Source: a virus (lineage: Duplodnaviria > Caudoviricetes). From it: a DNA stretch of 63,271 nucleotides. Location of the stretch: positions 1 to 63,271 of IMG/VR virus record IMGVR_UViG_3300023174_000169. The stretch is one strand, 5' to 3'. The notes beneath the pieces were generated by a model. It was not told the DNA's origin, ran no database searches, and worked only from the letters and a program-made list of their open reading frames with translations. This document shows positions 7,977 through 18,046 of the stretch, piece after piece. The position numbers were made by a program, and so were the translations under genes. The first letter of the stretch is position 1, and every line of letters starts with the position of its first letter.

Positions 7977-9129
7977 CTGGTATTATATCTAAAATATTTT
8001 CATTTCTTACAGCATCGTATCTTTTGAATTCTTGATATGCTTGTGCAATTTCTTCATCGGAAGGTTGTTCGCTATACATGAAATTGATAATTCCATCTAT
8101 GTCATTTTTATAACGGCCCCAATCAAATGCTCTCCATTTATTTTTAATTTTTTGTTTTGCTTCTTTAGGAATCATAACAATGCTCATATGCCTTGGGCGA
8201 TGTATAATATTATTCCATATGGCAAATCTAGGAGTATTTTCTTTAGTCCACGTGTGAAACTCTGGAAGTTCCCAAGCGTTCAACCAACCGATAGTATGCG
8301 AATAAGAAAATCCCACATTTGGAATTTCATGATACTTTAACAAATTTTCTTTTACATCGTCCCAATTTCCAGGGTGGCGGAGATAGTTGTATGTTTTTCC
8401 TATACCATCTATACTTAAACCTACTCCAATACATTTAAAATTTGCCACTAATTTTTTAATTACATCGCCGGCATAGATAGTGGCATTGGAACTCATGTCC
8501 ATATGTATATGTTTACTCTGTCCGGACGCAATTAGTTCTTCCCACAACGTTTGCCATTGTGAAATATAAAACGGTTCACCGCCAACAATTTCTAGACGTT
8601 TTACATGCTGCAACCAATCACTTCTATTGTCCCACAGCACAGATTTTTTATCGCCTGATTGACCGTGAGGCATATCGTATCCAGTATGTCCCCAAACTAC
8701 CTTGTGTTCTACTTGCCAAGAATTACTATGACTAGGTGTGCAACTTCTACACTTTAAATTGCAGGCGTTGCTTAAAATCATTTGATATTCTACAGGATAT
8801 GTAGGTTCTAATGCATAGTTGATATTCTTACCAAGATCGCTGGTTAGATAGGATAGACGTTTGCTGGTGTAGTTGTTAGATTCATCTTTTATACAAACTT
8901 CACAGGCTTTTGGTTTTTGACCTTGGCGAAATTCGTTTCGCAAATCTTTCATATATTTGCTAGAAAAGATTTCCTCAACAGAATGTGTTTGTACGTAGTA
9001 GGGCGTACCATCTTCTTTTACAATGTGTTCTCTATACAAACAACACGGTCGTACTTTACCATCTGGATCATTGCTGAATCCAGTCCAAGGTAAACTACAA
9101 AACCATTCAGATTGATTGATACCAATCAT
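7942..9129 (-). CDS. radical SAM protein with N-terminal twitch domain
   Basis: 'FCSLPW..DPDGKVRPCC...CEVCIKDE..SKR', then CNLKCRSC and 'VGGEPF'. Confidence 0.88.
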   Translation of the reverse strand: MIGINQSEWFCSLPWTGFSNDPDGKVRPCCLYREHIVKEDGTPYYVQTHSVEEIFSSKYMKDLRNEFRQGQKPKACEVCIKDESNNYTSKRLSYLTSDLGKNINYALEPTYPVEYQMILSNACNLKCRSCTPSHSNSWQVEHKVVWGHTGYDMPHGQSGDKKSVLWDNRSDWLQHVKRLEIVGGEPFYISQWQTLWEELIASGQSKHIHMDMSSNATIYAGDVIKKLVANFKCIGVGLSIDGIGKTYNYLRHPGNWDDVKENLLKYHEIPNVGFSYSHTIGWLNAWELPEFHTWTKENTPRFAIWNNIIHRPRHMSIVMIPKEAKQKIKNKWRAFDWGRYKNDIDGIINFMYSEQPSDEEIAQAYQEFKRYDAVRNENILDIIPDELIQETKRYF

Positions 9130-10465
9130 TCATAACTCCTGGAAATGCTGCTGCAAAGTCTTTTCCTCGACGTTGATCATACTGAAGATAAAATTGTTTA
9201 AAATCTTTTTCAGCAGTTTCTCTATTAAAATTTTCACCATGCGGTGTTTTAACAATATCAAGATAGTCAATTAGACGTTCAACATGATTCTTTTCAAACT
9301 CATGTAGTGTTGAAACATTTTTATTTTTTTCAAACCAAGCTAACAGTTTTTCTCTATAATGATTTCTCAATTCCATTGGCAATACTACTGGGCCTTGAAA
9401 GTTAGGAAAACGCATGATATTTAAGCTGAACAGCATTTGATCTTTTCCGTACTTTGCTTTCCACTCTAACATTAAATCTAAGAAGTCAGTTAAAGTATCA
9501 AGACATAAAGCGTTGATAGTACACATGACATTTAGATTTTTTAATCTTCTAGATTCTAATAAAAATATCATGTTATCGTACCACTGATTCCAATTTAAGC
9601 CGTCTCTAATATATTCTGCTTGCATAAAAGTAGCTTCGTTACTTGTATATAATGTAACAGCATTGCCAGAAGTAGAATCTAACATTTTTTCTAAGACTGA
9701 TCTATCAAATCCCAAATTAGAATTTAATGCTAATTTAGTTTTACTTTTGTTTTTATTTTCTTTAAACCAATCAAACAATTTCCAGGTGTGACCGGACATT
9801 AGTGGTTCGCCGCCTGTTATTCTCAATTCGTCTAGTGTTCTGTGCAGGTCAGCTTCCCACCATTGAAAAAACGCTTCAATATAAGGATTGGTTTCATTAA
9901 AATCATACAGTTGATCTTGATTATGCTCGTGTGTAAAATGATTTCTACCGTCTGTAACCAAGTTTATGTAAGGACCATTCTTTTTAATATCTTTAGCCCA
10001 GGTTGTTGAAAATCCAGGATTGCAATAACTACAGGCAAACTGACAGGTGCGATCAAATGCAATCTCTAATGCTATCAGATCAATATCCTCTTCGTACGGA
10101 GTATGAAAGCCTTTGACTAAATCGTCTTCGTCATAGGTCATGCTTTTATAAGGGCGATCGCTAATTGCATCTGTGCCCATATCTTCAATCTTCCAGCAAT
10201 ACTCGCAGCCAGCAGGACGTTCACCTATTTGCATTTTTCTCCTATCATCTTTTTTCTCAGGAGTATTATGCAACATTTTATAATTTTTCTTTATAGACTC
10301 AACACTGATAAAATGTGCAGGTGGATGATGGCAACTGGTGGTTTTACCTGATCCAAGCCATATTGTGGCATTGTACCATTTAGCTCCGCAGAAGCTTGGC
10401 GATAGTGCATCAAGCACACGCTTTTTATATTCTAGATCAGTTTCGTTGTGTCTTTTATAAGCCAT
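9107..10465 (-). CDS. radical SAM protein with N-terminal twitch domain
   Basis: 'FCGAKW..SCHHP...CEYCWKIE..SDR', then CQFACSYC and 'ITGGEPL'. Confidence 0.88.
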   Translation of the reverse strand: MAYKRHNETDLEYKKRVLDALSPSFCGAKWYNATIWLGSGKTTSCHHPPAHFISVESIKKNYKMLHNTPEKKDDRRKMQIGERPAGCEYCWKIEDMGTDAISDRPYKSMTYDEDDLVKGFHTPYEEDIDLIALEIAFDRTCQFACSYCNPGFSTTWAKDIKKNGPYINLVTDGRNHFTHEHNQDQLYDFNETNPYIEAFFQWWEADLHRTLDELRITGGEPLMSGHTWKLFDWFKENKNKSKTKLALNSNLGFDRSVLEKMLDSTSGNAVTLYTSNEATFMQAEYIRDGLNWNQWYDNMIFLLESRRLKNLNVMCTINALCLDTLTDFLDLMLEWKAKYGKDQMLFSLNIMRFPNFQGPVVLPMELRNHYREKLLAWFEKNKNVSTLHEFEKNHVERLIDYLDIVKTPHGENFNRETAEKDFKQFYLQYDQRRGKDFAAAFPGVMNDWYQSI

Positions 10466-11885
10466 TTACAAGTCTCTCACATTCGTTCCAAAAGTCAACT
10501 AATGTTGGAAAAGTTTTACAGAAGTCAGTCCCTCTTCTGCGGTCGTGTTCGTTAAAGAACAAATAAAAATTCTTTTTAGCACGTTCAACATCAAAGTTAG
10601 TATCAGATCTTACCCAATCAATAAGGCGTTGTACTTTACTAATTTCAAAATCTTTAAATCCCATATACATATTAGAACGTCCTTCTTTGTTTTGCAACAT
10701 GAAGTCTCTGGTTTTTTCTAATTCAGTAACTAGACCGGGCATCATTTTAGGATTTAAAAATTCAGGATTTTCTAATTGAGGAATATCAAACCATATAAGT
10801 TGTCTTTGTTTGCTGTACTTACGTCTAAGTTTTAAAATATTCCTTACGTATTCTTCAATGCCTGTGTAACTTAAAGCATTAAATGTAATAATAAATGTCA
10901 AAGAATGTTTATTACTGTTGGCTAGATAGTCTTTGATGTTGGTGCGCAGTACTTCAAAATCCATTCCGTTACGAATATACTCCGCTTGCGCACCCCAACT
11001 GTCTAAACTGCAAAATAACATAAAATGATCTACTGCATCAGCATCTGTAATTTCTTTTAGGCCATCCATAAACTTGGACCACTGATTGCCTGGTGGACAG
11101 CAATTACTGGTAATTGCTAAATGCAGATCTTGTTTGGGATTTTGTTTAACATATTCAAACATCTTGAACGTATTCTTATCCATAAGAGGTTCACCGCCTG
11201 TCATGCGGAATGTTTTTAACGTTGGATATATTTGTGGAAGCCATTCCCAAAATGCTTTTAAATGCGGATTGTCTGGACCGTTATCAATTGGCATTTGATT
11301 TTGAATCCATGCAATGTCATTGTGTGTGCGGCCCTGAAGTTGGTACGGCCCTTCCCTTTCAATCTCTTGTTGCCAAGCAGTACTTAAATGAGGACTGCAA
11401 TAACTACATTTAAAATTACATGCTTGGTTAAAGTTTACCTCTACATAGCGAGGATTAGCATTGCCAGTTTCTTGCAAAGCTACCGCTTCTTCTATGATGC
11501 CAGGTTCCCACACATCCTTACTGCGATATGCACGATCACTAAGTTGATTACCGCTGTCTTCTATTTGCCAACAGAAACTACACTCAGGTGGTCGGATACC
11601 ATCGAGCATAAGTGCTCGTTGAGATTTTTTATATTTTGTGTTGTGTAATGCACTTACATCAATTTTAATTTCGTCTAGAGGAACGGCATGACTGCGTGGA
11701 TGATAGCAACTGTGAGTACGTCCTGTAGGAATATGTATACTGACATTAAACCATTTTGCCAGACAAAAGGTTGGGCTGACTTCATTTAATTTTTTAAAGA
11801 TAGTCTCAGCATCGTACATATAGAGAGATTCGTATCTCCCATCTACTGTACGTGTTTCGTTACCCTTTACGTTGGAAAATGTCAT
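10455..11885 (-). CDS. radical SAM protein with N-terminal twitch domain
   Basis: 'FCLAKW..SCYHP...CSFCWQIE..SDR', then CNFKCSYC and 'MTGGEPL'. Paralogue of 9107-10465. Confidence 0.88.
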   Translation of the reverse strand: MTFSNVKGNETRTVDGRYESLYMYDAETIFKKLNEVSPTFCLAKWFNVSIHIPTGRTHSCYHPRSHAVPLDEIKIDVSALHNTKYKKSQRALMLDGIRPPECSFCWQIEDSGNQLSDRAYRSKDVWEPGIIEEAVALQETGNANPRYVEVNFNQACNFKCSYCSPHLSTAWQQEIEREGPYQLQGRTHNDIAWIQNQMPIDNGPDNPHLKAFWEWLPQIYPTLKTFRMTGGEPLMDKNTFKMFEYVKQNPKQDLHLAITSNCCPPGNQWSKFMDGLKEITDADAVDHFMLFCSLDSWGAQAEYIRNGMDFEVLRTNIKDYLANSNKHSLTFIITFNALSYTGIEEYVRNILKLRRKYSKQRQLIWFDIPQLENPEFLNPKMMPGLVTELEKTRDFMLQNKEGRSNMYMGFKDFEISKVQRLIDWVRSDTNFDVERAKKNFYLFFNEHDRRRGTDFCKTFPTLVDFWNECERLVNGL

Positions 11886-14514
11886 ATTGTTCTTTTAACC
11901 AGTTAAAGTCATTTATCTTTCTTAGCATCTCGGGTCTATCTTTATTGGTTTCACCGTATTCTTTGCCGGCAATTGCTCCGGCAATTGCATACTCTCCATA
12001 CAGTCTATCTAAGCCTTTTGTACACCAAACTTCAAGACGTTCTAGTGTTTCAGTGTTATCTTGTCTTTCAATTATTCTACTTGACAACTTGACACATTCT
12101 CTAAACGCTGACTTCCATGTATTATACGGATCAGTGTTAAATGCAGTGACGTTAGAAATTTCTGGAACTGATTTAAAACGTTTACTAATTGATGTTGTCA
12201 TATCAGGACTACCAACGTCCATGTTTATGGTCAATGTTCTTGGTAATAGTTTTACTCCACCATAACCGTATATTAAATCATTGATAGGGTTACGGCTTCT
12301 CCACACATGTACTATATCTCTTTCATGGCGTGACACAGCGTATTCAAATTTAAAACTTCTTGTAATTTCAGCATCACCGTCAACTACCCAAAACATATCA
12401 GTAGTGGCTAATTCTGCTGCTGCAATATGAGCTTGGTGAATTCCTGTTATTCCATGCACCCTTTTAATTTTAGGAAATCTAGCCTGTAGGATTTCGTAGG
12501 TTTGATCTGCATTAGTTTCATTATAGCTTATGAATACAATGTCGTAGGGCTTTGCACCACTAATTAGTATGTCGTGTTCTTTTTTATCTATTGGAAATCT
12601 AAATTCAATTTCTTTTTCGCTAAGAACTTTTTGTGTAGGCACCAACATTAAACCGTTGTAAATTTCATCTTGTCGTACAAGGTGTTTGAACACATGGGTA
12701 ATCGACCGATCATAATCGTATTTTCCGTCTAGCGGATCAAAATACAAATCAAAAACTGACTCGTTTGTGATTTCAATTTCAGGCCAGATACACCAAAACA
12801 TCGGTTGTTTTTCTGTGCTACATATTTCAAGATAGTGCTGATACGAAGTTATATTGTATCTAGGATACCTATATCTTGATGGAGTACGATCGTGCTCTTT
12901 TTTATCTATTAGATATTTTCGTTCAAATTCTTTTTTAGAAATTTGTTTGTTCTTTGAAAACAATACTAGACCGTTAAAGTATGACCCTTGATCATTGCAC
13001 AAGTTTTTAAACATGTGATTTTCTGATCTATCATGATCATATTTGCCATCGTTAGGATCAAAATAAAAGTTAAAAATACTGCTGTCAATTATTTCTACAT
13101 TGTCCCATACACACCAAAACATTGGCTGATTAGCTGTGTTAAAAATATCTAGATATTCGTCATAGGTCTTGATACAATGTTTAGGATAGCTATACCGAGT
13201 CACTGTTCTATCGTGTTCTTTTTTTTCTATTAGATATCTTCTATCAAATTCACGTTTGCTAATTTGTTTTGAAGTTGAAAATAATATCAAGCCATTTAGA
13301 TAGGACTCTTGCTCATTACACAAGTTCCTAAACATGTGATTTTCTAATCTATCATGATCATATTTGCCATCATTGGGATCAAAATAAAAGTCAAAAATAG
13401 TATCATCAATTATTTCTACATTATCCCATACGCACCAGAACATTGGTTGTTTTTCTGTCTTACAAATATCAACATAGTGATCATAAGATTTTACAACATA
13501 TCTAGGATATCTATAACGAGTTGTCACATGGGCGTGTTCTTTTTTATCTATTAGATATTTTCGTTCAAATTCTTTTTTAGAAATTGGTTTTGATGTTGAC
13601 AACAATGCTAATCCATTTAGGTAGGACTCCTGATTGCCGCAGGCGTTTGGCCATACATGATTTTCTTGACGATCGTAATCATGTTGTCCCTGTTTAGGAT
13701 CGTAATATAAATTAAAAATATTATTGTCAATTATTTCTACATTATCCCACACACACCAAAACAGAGGTTGTTTTTCTGATTTTAATATTTCTTGATATTG
13801 TTCATAGGAAGTTATACTGTATCTAGGATAACTTAAACGTGTTACCGGGGCAGTGACATATTCTTTTTTAGTTATTAAATGTCTGTTATCGAATTCACGT
13901 TTACTAATTTGTTTATGTTTAGATAAAAGCCATACACCATTATCATAAGAAACTTTATCTTCTCGGATATTTAAAAAAGAATGATTTTCTCTAGTGTCAT
14001 AATTGTTGTGCCGGCTAAAATACATTTGAAAAACTGTATCGTCAATAATAGTAAGCTCGGGCCAGATACACCAAAATAAATCATACCTTACAGTTTCTAA
14101 AATTGTAAGGTATTCGTCGTAGGTGGATATTCTATATTGGGGATATTTTTGCGGCTGGCTAGCAACCACTTCTATTTCTTTTTTTGTTATATAATATCTA
14201 TTTTTAAATTCTCTGTCAGAGACTGTTGCAGATTTTGAAAAAAGAGTTATACCGTCCCAGGTATCACCGTTACGAAAAACATGAATATACATGTCGTCCC
14301 ACTTAGTGGCTGTGTAAGCATCTAAATCAAAAGTAGGCTCTAATACAACATCATCCCAAATTACCCAGAACATCTTAGTAAAGGATTTTTTTAGAATATC
14401 GTCATACGAATTGACGTTTTCAATCTTTTTTGCCCTAGGATATTTTTGTTTTATTTCTTCCCAATTTTTAGTGCAATACAGATTATCAGCGGACACATAA
14501 AATATATCATACAT
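11860..14514 (-). CDS. GT-A fold glycosyltransferase-like protein with six N-terminal degenerate repeats of about 107 aa
   Basis: C-terminal domain 'YDIVFISYNE...RVHG..GIHQAH...FWVVDGD' has a DxD motif. The upstream units echo the same segment as FWCVWDN or FWCIWPE. Confidence 0.75.
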   Translation of the reverse strand: MYDIFYVSADNLYCTKNWEEIKQKYPRAKKIENVNSYDDILKKSFTKMFWVIWDDVVLEPTFDLDAYTATKWDDMYIHVFRNGDTWDGITLFSKSATVSDREFKNRYYITKKEIEVVASQPQKYPQYRISTYDEYLTILETVRYDLFWCIWPELTIIDDTVFQMYFSRHNNYDTRENHSFLNIREDKVSYDNGVWLLSKHKQISKREFDNRHLITKKEYVTAPVTRLSYPRYSITSYEQYQEILKSEKQPLFWCVWDNVEIIDNNIFNLYYDPKQGQHDYDRQENHVWPNACGNQESYLNGLALLSTSKPISKKEFERKYLIDKKEHAHVTTRYRYPRYVVKSYDHYVDICKTEKQPMFWCVWDNVEIIDDTIFDFYFDPNDGKYDHDRLENHMFRNLCNEQESYLNGLILFSTSKQISKREFDRRYLIEKKEHDRTVTRYSYPKHCIKTYDEYLDIFNTANQPMFWCVWDNVEIIDSSIFNFYFDPNDGKYDHDRSENHMFKNLCNDQGSYFNGLVLFSKNKQISKKEFERKYLIDKKEHDRTPSRYRYPRYNITSYQHYLEICSTEKQPMFWCIWPEIEITNESVFDLYFDPLDGKYDYDRSITHVFKHLVRQDEIYNGLMLVPTQKVLSEKEIEFRFPIDKKEHDILISGAKPYDIVFISYNETNADQTYEILQARFPKIKRVHGITGIHQAHIAAAELATTDMFWVVDGDAEITRSFKFEYAVSRHERDIVHVWRSRNPINDLIYGYGGVKLLPRTLTINMDVGSPDMTTSISKRFKSVPEISNVTAFNTDPYNTWKSAFRECVKLSSRIIERQDNTETLERLEVWCTKGLDRLYGEYAIAGAIAGKEYGETNKDRPEMLRKINDFNWLKEQYDIFQRKG
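12550..14150 (-). repeat. intragenic tandem repeat, period about 321 nt (107 aa)
   Basis: TTTATCTATTAGATATTTTCGTTCAAATTCTTTTTTAGAAATT occurs at 12901 and 13543 (offset 642 = 2x321). ATCTATCATGATCATATTTGCCATC occurs near 13026 and 13347 (offset 321). Boundaries approximate. Confidence 0.85.
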
Positions 14515-15415
14515 TTTCTGGCATTCTATAATAGGTGTTGTTTAAATCTAATGCTTCATTATACAAATCAAGGGTGTATTTACTTTGTGCAGCATCAAGA
14601 TAGGGCCAGTGAAGACCTAAAGAAATTTTAATTTTTTCTCCAAGATCTTTTGTAGCTTCAACAAGGCCTTCTGGATCTGTTTCGTAAGATTTCACATGTT
14701 CATTATAGATGTCTCGTAAAATTTCAAAGTCACGTACATCAATATAATTCCAATCGGTACAATTGGCCATCCATGTACCCAGCCTTGCTCCCATTACTGC
14801 AAAGAGACCGTTTTCTTCGTGAGCTCCAACTGTTGACCACATGCGCAGTCTGTGAATATTATGCCACCAGATCTGTTGTTGGATTTCTCCAGGAGGAACT
14901 TTAACTCCATCTAATAGAGTCATTTTTACACCTTCACGGAATCCTGCTCTCCATGCTTGAAAAGGACTTCCGGTAATAATACTATCGCTGTAGCTTACAG
15001 GAAAATTTCGATATCCGTCTTCCCAGCAAAAATCTACTTGTCCACGATCACTATCGCTTGCTTCATGTGTTTTCATATTCAACACAAAATCTTTTTTCCA
15101 AATCTTTAAACCACCGTTGCCATATCGCAACCCGTTGATTACATTGCGGCCGCACCAACCGTAGACTTGTATTTTAGGATCTTCCATTTTGAGATCTAGA
15201 TTAAAAAACTTTGGATCTACAATGTTATCTGCATCCACAGTTATAAACCAATCAGAATCGGCAATCCTTGCTGCTTCTTTATGTGCTGCATCGCTACCTT
15301 TGACACCATGAACACGTTTGGCCCAAGGTACTTTATTACATAGGTCAGCGTAATGCACATCGGCATTAGGCTCGTCATAACTTAAAAAAACTACATCAAA
15401 TTCAATTACTTTCAT
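14507..15415 (-). CDS. GT-A fold glycosyltransferase-like protein
   Basis: 'FDVVFLSYDE...RVHGVKG..AH...FITVDADN' (DxD), 'N..NGL.YG.GG.K' and 'AW..GFRE.VK'. Paralogous to the C-terminal domain of 11860-14514. Confidence 0.75.
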   Translation of the reverse strand: MKVIEFDVVFLSYDEPNADVHYADLCNKVPWAKRVHGVKGSDAAHKEAARIADSDWFITVDADNIVDPKFFNLDLKMEDPKIQVYGWCGRNVINGLRYGNGGLKIWKKDFVLNMKTHEASDSDRGQVDFCWEDGYRNFPVSYSDSIITGSPFQAWRAGFREGVKMTLLDGVKVPPGEIQQQIWWHNIHRLRMWSTVGAHEENGLFAVMGARLGTWMANCTDWNYIDVRDFEILRDIYNEHVKSYETDPEGLVEATKDLGEKIKISLGLHWPYLDAAQSKYTLDLYNEALDLNNTYYRMPENV

Positions 15416-15995
15416 TTGTCTCTAATACGTAAAGTGGAAATAATCTTTTAGTGTATACACTAAATTTTTCTAGTTGGTCAACTTTTTTAACCTGAGGTGC
15501 GGATGCCAATTCATCAATACTAAATTTAATTACATTTCGTAAAAGATTAGGATCATTGTAATCCGTAATTAAAAATGTCATTGTTGTACTTCCGTCCCAA
15601 TGAATTTTTCTTGTTTTATATTTGTTAGATAATTCAAAAGACAATGTACTTGATTTAACATCATGTGTAATTGTTACATCTGGATTTGAAATATCAGCCC
15701 ATTCTTTAGCAACTACACGATGTAATACATCATCAATTTTAACAAGATTTTTAATTTCTGCAATTTCAAACGAGCCAGAACTCATATCAACAAAACAAGA
15801 ATTTAATTTTAATTTTCCTTCGTTGATAAGTTGCGCTGTCTCGTGATCTATCTCAACAGAATTTTTAGTTTCAGCCAATGCATGTTCTGGGTAGATGCCT
15901 GTAACTGCACCAGAGGTTGCGTCAAAAACTGCATAAAATTTTAGTTCAGGTGGTTTATAATTTGCCAACCATTCATCAAAGTCTATTTCTGCCAT
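15402..15995 (-). CDS. hypothetical protein within the glycosyltransferase cluster
   Basis: 197-aa ORF overlapping both neighbours. Confidence 0.75.
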   Translation of the reverse strand: MAEIDFDEWLANYKPPELKFYAVFDATSGAVTGIYPEHALAETKNSVEIDHETAQLINEGKLKLNSCFVDMSSGSFEIAEIKNLVKIDDVLHRVVAKEWADISNPDVTITHDVKSSTLSFELSNKYKTRKIHWDGSTTMTFLITDYNDPNLLRNVIKFSIDELASAPQVKKVDQLEKFSVYTKRLFPLYVLETNESN

Positions 15996-16822
15996 AGTTT
16001 GTGTTCCTGTATACTAATAATTTCATCTGTAATAATAGTTTTATCCACGTAATGAACAATATCATTTTGAATAAAATTTCCTATTTTTAATTCATTCTTG
16101 GTATTAAAATAAAAACCCACGTGGTCTGTCCAATCATCGGCAGGCCATGGCCAATTTTGTATCATTGGCTTCATATGTACTACTCTTGGAAATTCTAAAT
16201 CAAACGCAATTTCATCTTGAATGTCCAAGATCTTTGCAGACAATGCAAACGCTTCGTCTGTGCCGATAACCTTGGGTTTAAAATCAGGACAGAATGTATT
16301 TTTAAATTCTGTAGGATTTTTAATAATGTATCTTCCTAAGGTAAAAAACTCATCTGCTAGCTCTGAATCTTTCTTGAAGTAGGTAAAGAAAGAATATAAG
16401 TTAGGCAAATTGTTATTTACAAACGCCTTTCTATAAAAATCTCCAGTAACTACTTCACCTCTATATGTGTATGCTTTGTTTGCAACATATAACTCTGTGG
16501 TATCGATTAGGTGTTGTACCCAATGACTGTAATCTCTTAGGAATAACATGTCTGCATCGAGACAGACGGTGAATTCCCATGGGCTCAATTTGTCCATCCA
16601 GCTGCGGCCATCCCAACCAGTATGATCTGTGTTTTCAATTACTTTATCGAATACCCACGAACTTTTTAATTTACCCACAGCTTCAAGATCATCAGTTACT
16701 AATGCAACATTGTTATATCCCCACTTTTGAGTATTTTTAATACTCAACGCTAGAGAATAGGCAAGTTTTGTCCAATCTACTTTGTCGTCTTTGGCAATTA
16801 CAATTAGGTATCCAAAACTCAT
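15983..16822 (-). CDS. GT8-like (GT-A) glycosyltransferase
   Basis: 'AYSLALSIK', 'ALVTD', 'LSPWEFTVCLDADMLF' (DxD), 'TDEAFALS' and 'VHMK' follow the GT8-like layout. Confidence 0.7.
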   Translation of the reverse strand: MSFGYLIVIAKDDKVDWTKLAYSLALSIKNTQKWGYNNVALVTDDLEAVGKLKSSWVFDKVIENTDHTGWDGRSWMDKLSPWEFTVCLDADMLFLRDYSHWVQHLIDTTELYVANKAYTYRGEVVTGDFYRKAFVNNNLPNLYSFFTYFKKDSELADEFFTLGRYIIKNPTEFKNTFCPDFKPKVIGTDEAFALSAKILDIQDEIAFDLEFPRVVHMKPMIQNWPWPADDWTDHVGFYFNTKNELKIGNFIQNDIVHYVDKTIITDEIISIQEHKLWQK

Positions 16823-17673
16823 AGCAACTCCAATAGATTATCTTTTTGTCTAATAATACTTTGTTTATTCATAACATGAACGTCGGTATCTTTGATTGCA
16901 CAGGCAACAAAATTATCATTCTGGTCATTTATTAAAAATGTCAATTTATTACCTTCTACTTTAAACAGCATGTCTTTGTCGATGGTTGTTAGTAGCGACG
17001 GTAATGCTGTAGACAGGTCAGTGTTAAATCCATCCATTAGATGTTTAACTACACTAAACCCAATGTCATTTCTATATTGCTGAGGATTGAATCTAAAGAT
17101 GTCTGCATAAAGATCATAGTTATCACGAACCATTTTTGCAAAATCAAAAAAGATTTTGCTTTCTTGATTTTTCTTAAAAATTACTGTAGTTGCCCAAAAT
17201 AAATGTACACCTGTTTCAGACACATGTTTATCTAAGAATCCAGCACGTTGCCCTGTAATATCATTCATTGAACTGGCAATTAAAACGCTTTCGTCAATAT
17301 CCCAGTAATTGTTTAGCACATCTGAAAAAATTAAATAATCGCTGTCAAGCAACAGAGTTTGATCATATGGAGTAAGGTCCCATGCAGAAGCTCTATCTGC
17401 ATTGATAAATGGAATAACCTTTGATTCAACTCCGTCATTCAATCGACGAGTGTTGTCAGTTTTAGGACGATCGACTTCTAGTATTTTTTCAAATATAGAA
17501 TTGGCCTTATCCCAAAGATTTGATTCTTTCAACCAATCAATTGTTGCAATATCAGTTACAAGAGTTAGAGGAATACCTAGATGTTTTTTTGCTAGGCCAC
17601 CCGATATTACAGCCAACAAGCCGTAATCAACTTCTCGACTATTGTGAGCAAATATTAGGCCGCCACGTTTCAT
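16819..17673 (-). CDS. GT8-like (GT-A) glycosyltransferase
   Basis: 'TLVTD', 'LTPYDQTLLLDSDYLI' (DxD), 'RNDIGFS' and 'VHVMNK'. Paralogue of the adjacent gene. Confidence 0.7.
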   Translation of the reverse strand: MKRGGLIFAHNSREVDYGLLAVISGGLAKKHLGIPLTLVTDIATIDWLKESNLWDKANSIFEKILEVDRPKTDNTRRLNDGVESKVIPFINADRASAWDLTPYDQTLLLDSDYLIFSDVLNNYWDIDESVLIASSMNDITGQRAGFLDKHVSETGVHLFWATTVIFKKNQESKIFFDFAKMVRDNYDLYADIFRFNPQQYRNDIGFSVVKHLMDGFNTDLSTALPSLLTTIDKDMLFKVEGNKLTFLINDQNDNFVACAIKDTDVHVMNKQSIIRQKDNLLELL

Positions 17674-18020
17674 AGGTCTACCAATGATTGAACAGATCTA
17701 GATTTTTTTAATTTCTCGTACTGCTGATGATATTCGTATGTTGTTGAAAAATATCTATCTAAAATTTCATCTTTAAATTTAGCAATATCTTCAATCATGA
17801 TAGGATTATCATTAGTGTCTAGCAACACTATATTTTCGGTACGTTCTTGATCAATTAAAAATTGAACAAACGTGATTAAAGTTCTATCAATTTTGAAAAT
17901 TCCGCCACGATGGCCGTAGGTTAGTTTAGCATCAATTGTTTCTTTTAATGCTTTTCTTTGAATTGCTAGTGTTTGTTTGTAGTTAGAAAACTCGAGAGCT
18001 TTTTCTAAAAGAGCGTCCAT
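17670..18020 (-). CDS. hypothetical protein, first gene of the late glyco/radical-SAM operon
   Basis: 116 aa, strong SD GAGGAG, ATGA overlap with the next gene. Confidence 0.78.
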   Translation of the reverse strand: MDALLEKALEFSNYKQTLAIQRKALKETIDAKLTYGHRGGIFKIDRTLITFVQFLIDQERTENIVLLDTNDNPIMIEDIAKFKDEILDRYFSTTYEYHQQYEKLKKSRSVQSLVDL

Positions 18021-18046
18021 GTAAACTCCTCATTATAATAGTACAT

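Noticed and set aside
12550-14150. Regularly spaced near-identical DNA blocks as a possible CRISPR array or DGR template/variable repeat
   Set aside because: The period is 321 nt, in frame and inside a CDS. The differences are not adenine-specific, and no cas or reverse-transcriptase gene is in the window.
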